Shown: positions 23,593 through 25,008 of the stretch, one piece after another
Position numbering within the stretch: position 1 is the stretch's first letter
Layout: each line of letters begins with the position of its first letter
Virus record (IMG/VR): IMGVR_UViG_3300011567_000001
Span: 62,001-87,008 of that record
Strand: one strand, 5' to 3'
Length of the DNA stretch: 25,008 nt
Origin: an uncultured virus (IMG/VR IMGVR_UViG_3300011567_000001)
Lineage: Duplodnaviria > Heunggongvirae > Uroviricota > Caudoviricetes
Translations under genes and position numbers: made by a program
The notes under the pieces: model-generated
Told to the model about the DNA's origin: nothing
Seen by the model: the letters and a program-made list of their open reading frames with translations, nothing else
The model's database searches: none

Positions 23593-24109
23593 ATTGGTAG
23601 ATGAACTAACTCCAGAGACGCACAGAGTTGCTCACAATAGAAAGCGATTTATTGTAGATAATAAGGTATTCTGTAACTGCTGTGAACTTTGGAAAGAATT
23701 AGATGAGTTTGGCAAATCACCCAAACAGGTCTATGGGTTAAGTTTTTATTGTAAAGAGTGTGGAAACGCAAAAGCTAGAGAGCAACACAAGAAAGTAAGA
23801 GCTAAAGGAGCAGATAGGTGGGAAAAACATCGAAGAGGGTACAGGAATAGGTATTATAAACTTAAGTATGGAATAACCCTAGAAGAGTTTGAGGATAAAC
23901 TGGCTGGGCAGGGTGGTCGTTGTGAGATATGCGAAATGGAACTTGGTGTAGACAATGATTCTAGAAAGGCGCACTTAGATCACTGCCACACGACCAATCA
24001 AATTCGAGGGATTCTCTGTGTAGGTTGCAATCAAGGCATTGGCTCAATGAGGGAAGATATCGAAATTATGAAGAAAGCAATTGCATACCTGGAAAAATAT
24101 AATGAGTAG
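23585..24109 (+). CDS. endonuclease VII-family (His-Me) endonuclease with N-terminal Zn ribbon
   Basis: KYGITLEE...QGGRCEIC...HLDHCHTT..IRGILC..CN; GTG start after GAGGT. Confidence 0.88.
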   Translation: MSELVDELTPETHRVAHNRKRFIVDNKVFCNCCELWKELDEFGKSPKQVYGLSFYCKECGNAKAREQHKKVRAKGADRWEKHRRGYRNRYYKLKYGITLEEFEDKLAGQGGRCEICEMELGVDNDSRKAHLDHCHTTNQIRGILCVGCNQGIGSMREDIEIMKKAIAYLEKYNE

Positions 24110-25008
24110 TGTAATTTGTGCGATTGACGGGGACATTTTGGCGTTCAAGTGTGCGGCTGCTAATGAAGTGAGGAGTATCAAAGCACTGCACATCCCAAGC
24201 GGTAGGAGTAAAACCTTTAAACACCGAACCGAGCTTAAAGAAATTATCGGTGATAAGTTTCCATACACTGATTTTGAAATCACGGATATTCAAGAAGCTG
24301 ACCAGATTGCTTATGCACTATACAGCGCTAAGCATATGATCAAGAATATTACTGAGAAGTGTGGTGCGGATAAATACGAAATCTATTTCAGTGGTAAGGA
24401 TAACTTCAGGGATAAGCTAGCACTACCGACACGTTACAAAGGGAATCGAGAGGGTTTGATGCGACCCCTTCAGCTGCGAGAGGTAAAGGAATATTTGACA
24501 GAGCAGCACGGAGCTATTACAGTCGTAGGTGAGGCAGACGACATGCTATCTCGGCGACAATGGGATGGCCTCCAGGGCAGTGAAAAAATTATTGGATGCT
24601 CCACAGACAAGGATTCTTACGGGACGGTAGGTGTCATCTTCAACTGGGATAAGATGGATAAACCCTTCTTGGTTCAAGGTGTAGGTAAGCTGTGGGAAAA
24701 GGATGCTAAGGTTTGGGGAGTAGGATACAAATGGAAAGCTCTCCAGTGGCTCTGTGGAGACACGATTGACGGACTAAAGCCTACCTATTTAGCTGGAGTT
24801 AAGTACGGCGAGAAGAGCGCTTACAAGGCTTTAAAAGACCTTGAGAAAGAAGAGCAAGTGAACAAGGTAGTTCATGACATTTATCTGAAGTGGTATCCTC
24901 AAAATAAGCAGTTTGTAGATCAGTGTGGTATTGAAAGAGATTTGAACTATATTCAGATTGCTCAGGTCTATATGGATGGTATTCACATGGAACGATGGGA
25001 AGGGGACA
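24102..25008 (+). CDS. 5'-3' exonuclease (T7 gp6 / T5 D15-like), truncated by the window end
   Basis: Read manually: MSSVICAIDGDIL...NFR...YKGNR...EADD...DKD...GDTIDG; no stop seen before 25008. Confidence 0.88.
   Translation, partial: MSSVICAIDGDILAFKCAAANEVRSIKALHIPSGRSKTFKHRTELKEIIGDKFPYTDFEITDIQEADQIAYALYSAKHMIKNITEKCGADKYEIYFSGKDNFRDKLALPTRYKGNREGLMRPLQLREVKEYLTEQHGAITVVGEADDMLSRRQWDGLQGSEKIIGCSTDKDSYGTVGVIFNWDKMDKPFLVQGVGKLWEKDAKVWGVGYKWKALQWLCGDTIDGLKPTYLAGVKYGEKSAYKALKDLEKEEQVNKVVHDIYLKWYPQNKQFVDQCGIERDLNYIQIAQVYMDGIHMERWEGD

Noticed and set aside
1..25008. tRNA genes or stop-codon reassignment
   Set aside because: No cloverleaf or T-loop pattern was noticed, and the long genes are intact under the standard code with all three stop codons used

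Overview
This window is about 25 kb of a lytic double-stranded DNA phage genome, roughly 40% GC by eye. The host is probably a Gammaproteobacterium such as Pseudomonas (inference). The left half (851-11911, minus strand) is an early/accessory region of small genes, many with their own sigma70 promoter. It includes an SF2-like P-loop helicase next to an AT-rich, repeat-rich non-coding block (candidate origin), an HNH endonuclease, a Zn-dependent deaminase and a DenV pyrimidine-dimer glycosylase. The right half (12573 onward, plus strand) is a replication module: T7 gp4-like primase-helicase, family-B-like DNA polymerase, SSB, a GapR/DsbA-like DNA-binding protein, three more free-standing endonucleases and a 5'-3' exonuclease cut off by the window end. 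The most striking unexplained element is a ~450-nt non-coding segment at the strand switch (~11994-12445). It has its own promoter and folds by eye into a nested multi-helix RNA with G-U pairs that favour the plus strand, and I cannot assign it to a known RNA class. Other points of interest are RsmA/CsrA-consensus hairpins, a duplicated 91-bp promoter/peptide/RBS cassette, a 72%-GC patch fused in frame into a gene, and a (GA)9 tract between a Shine-Dalgarno sequence and its start codon. All calls come from reading the sequence; no searches were run.
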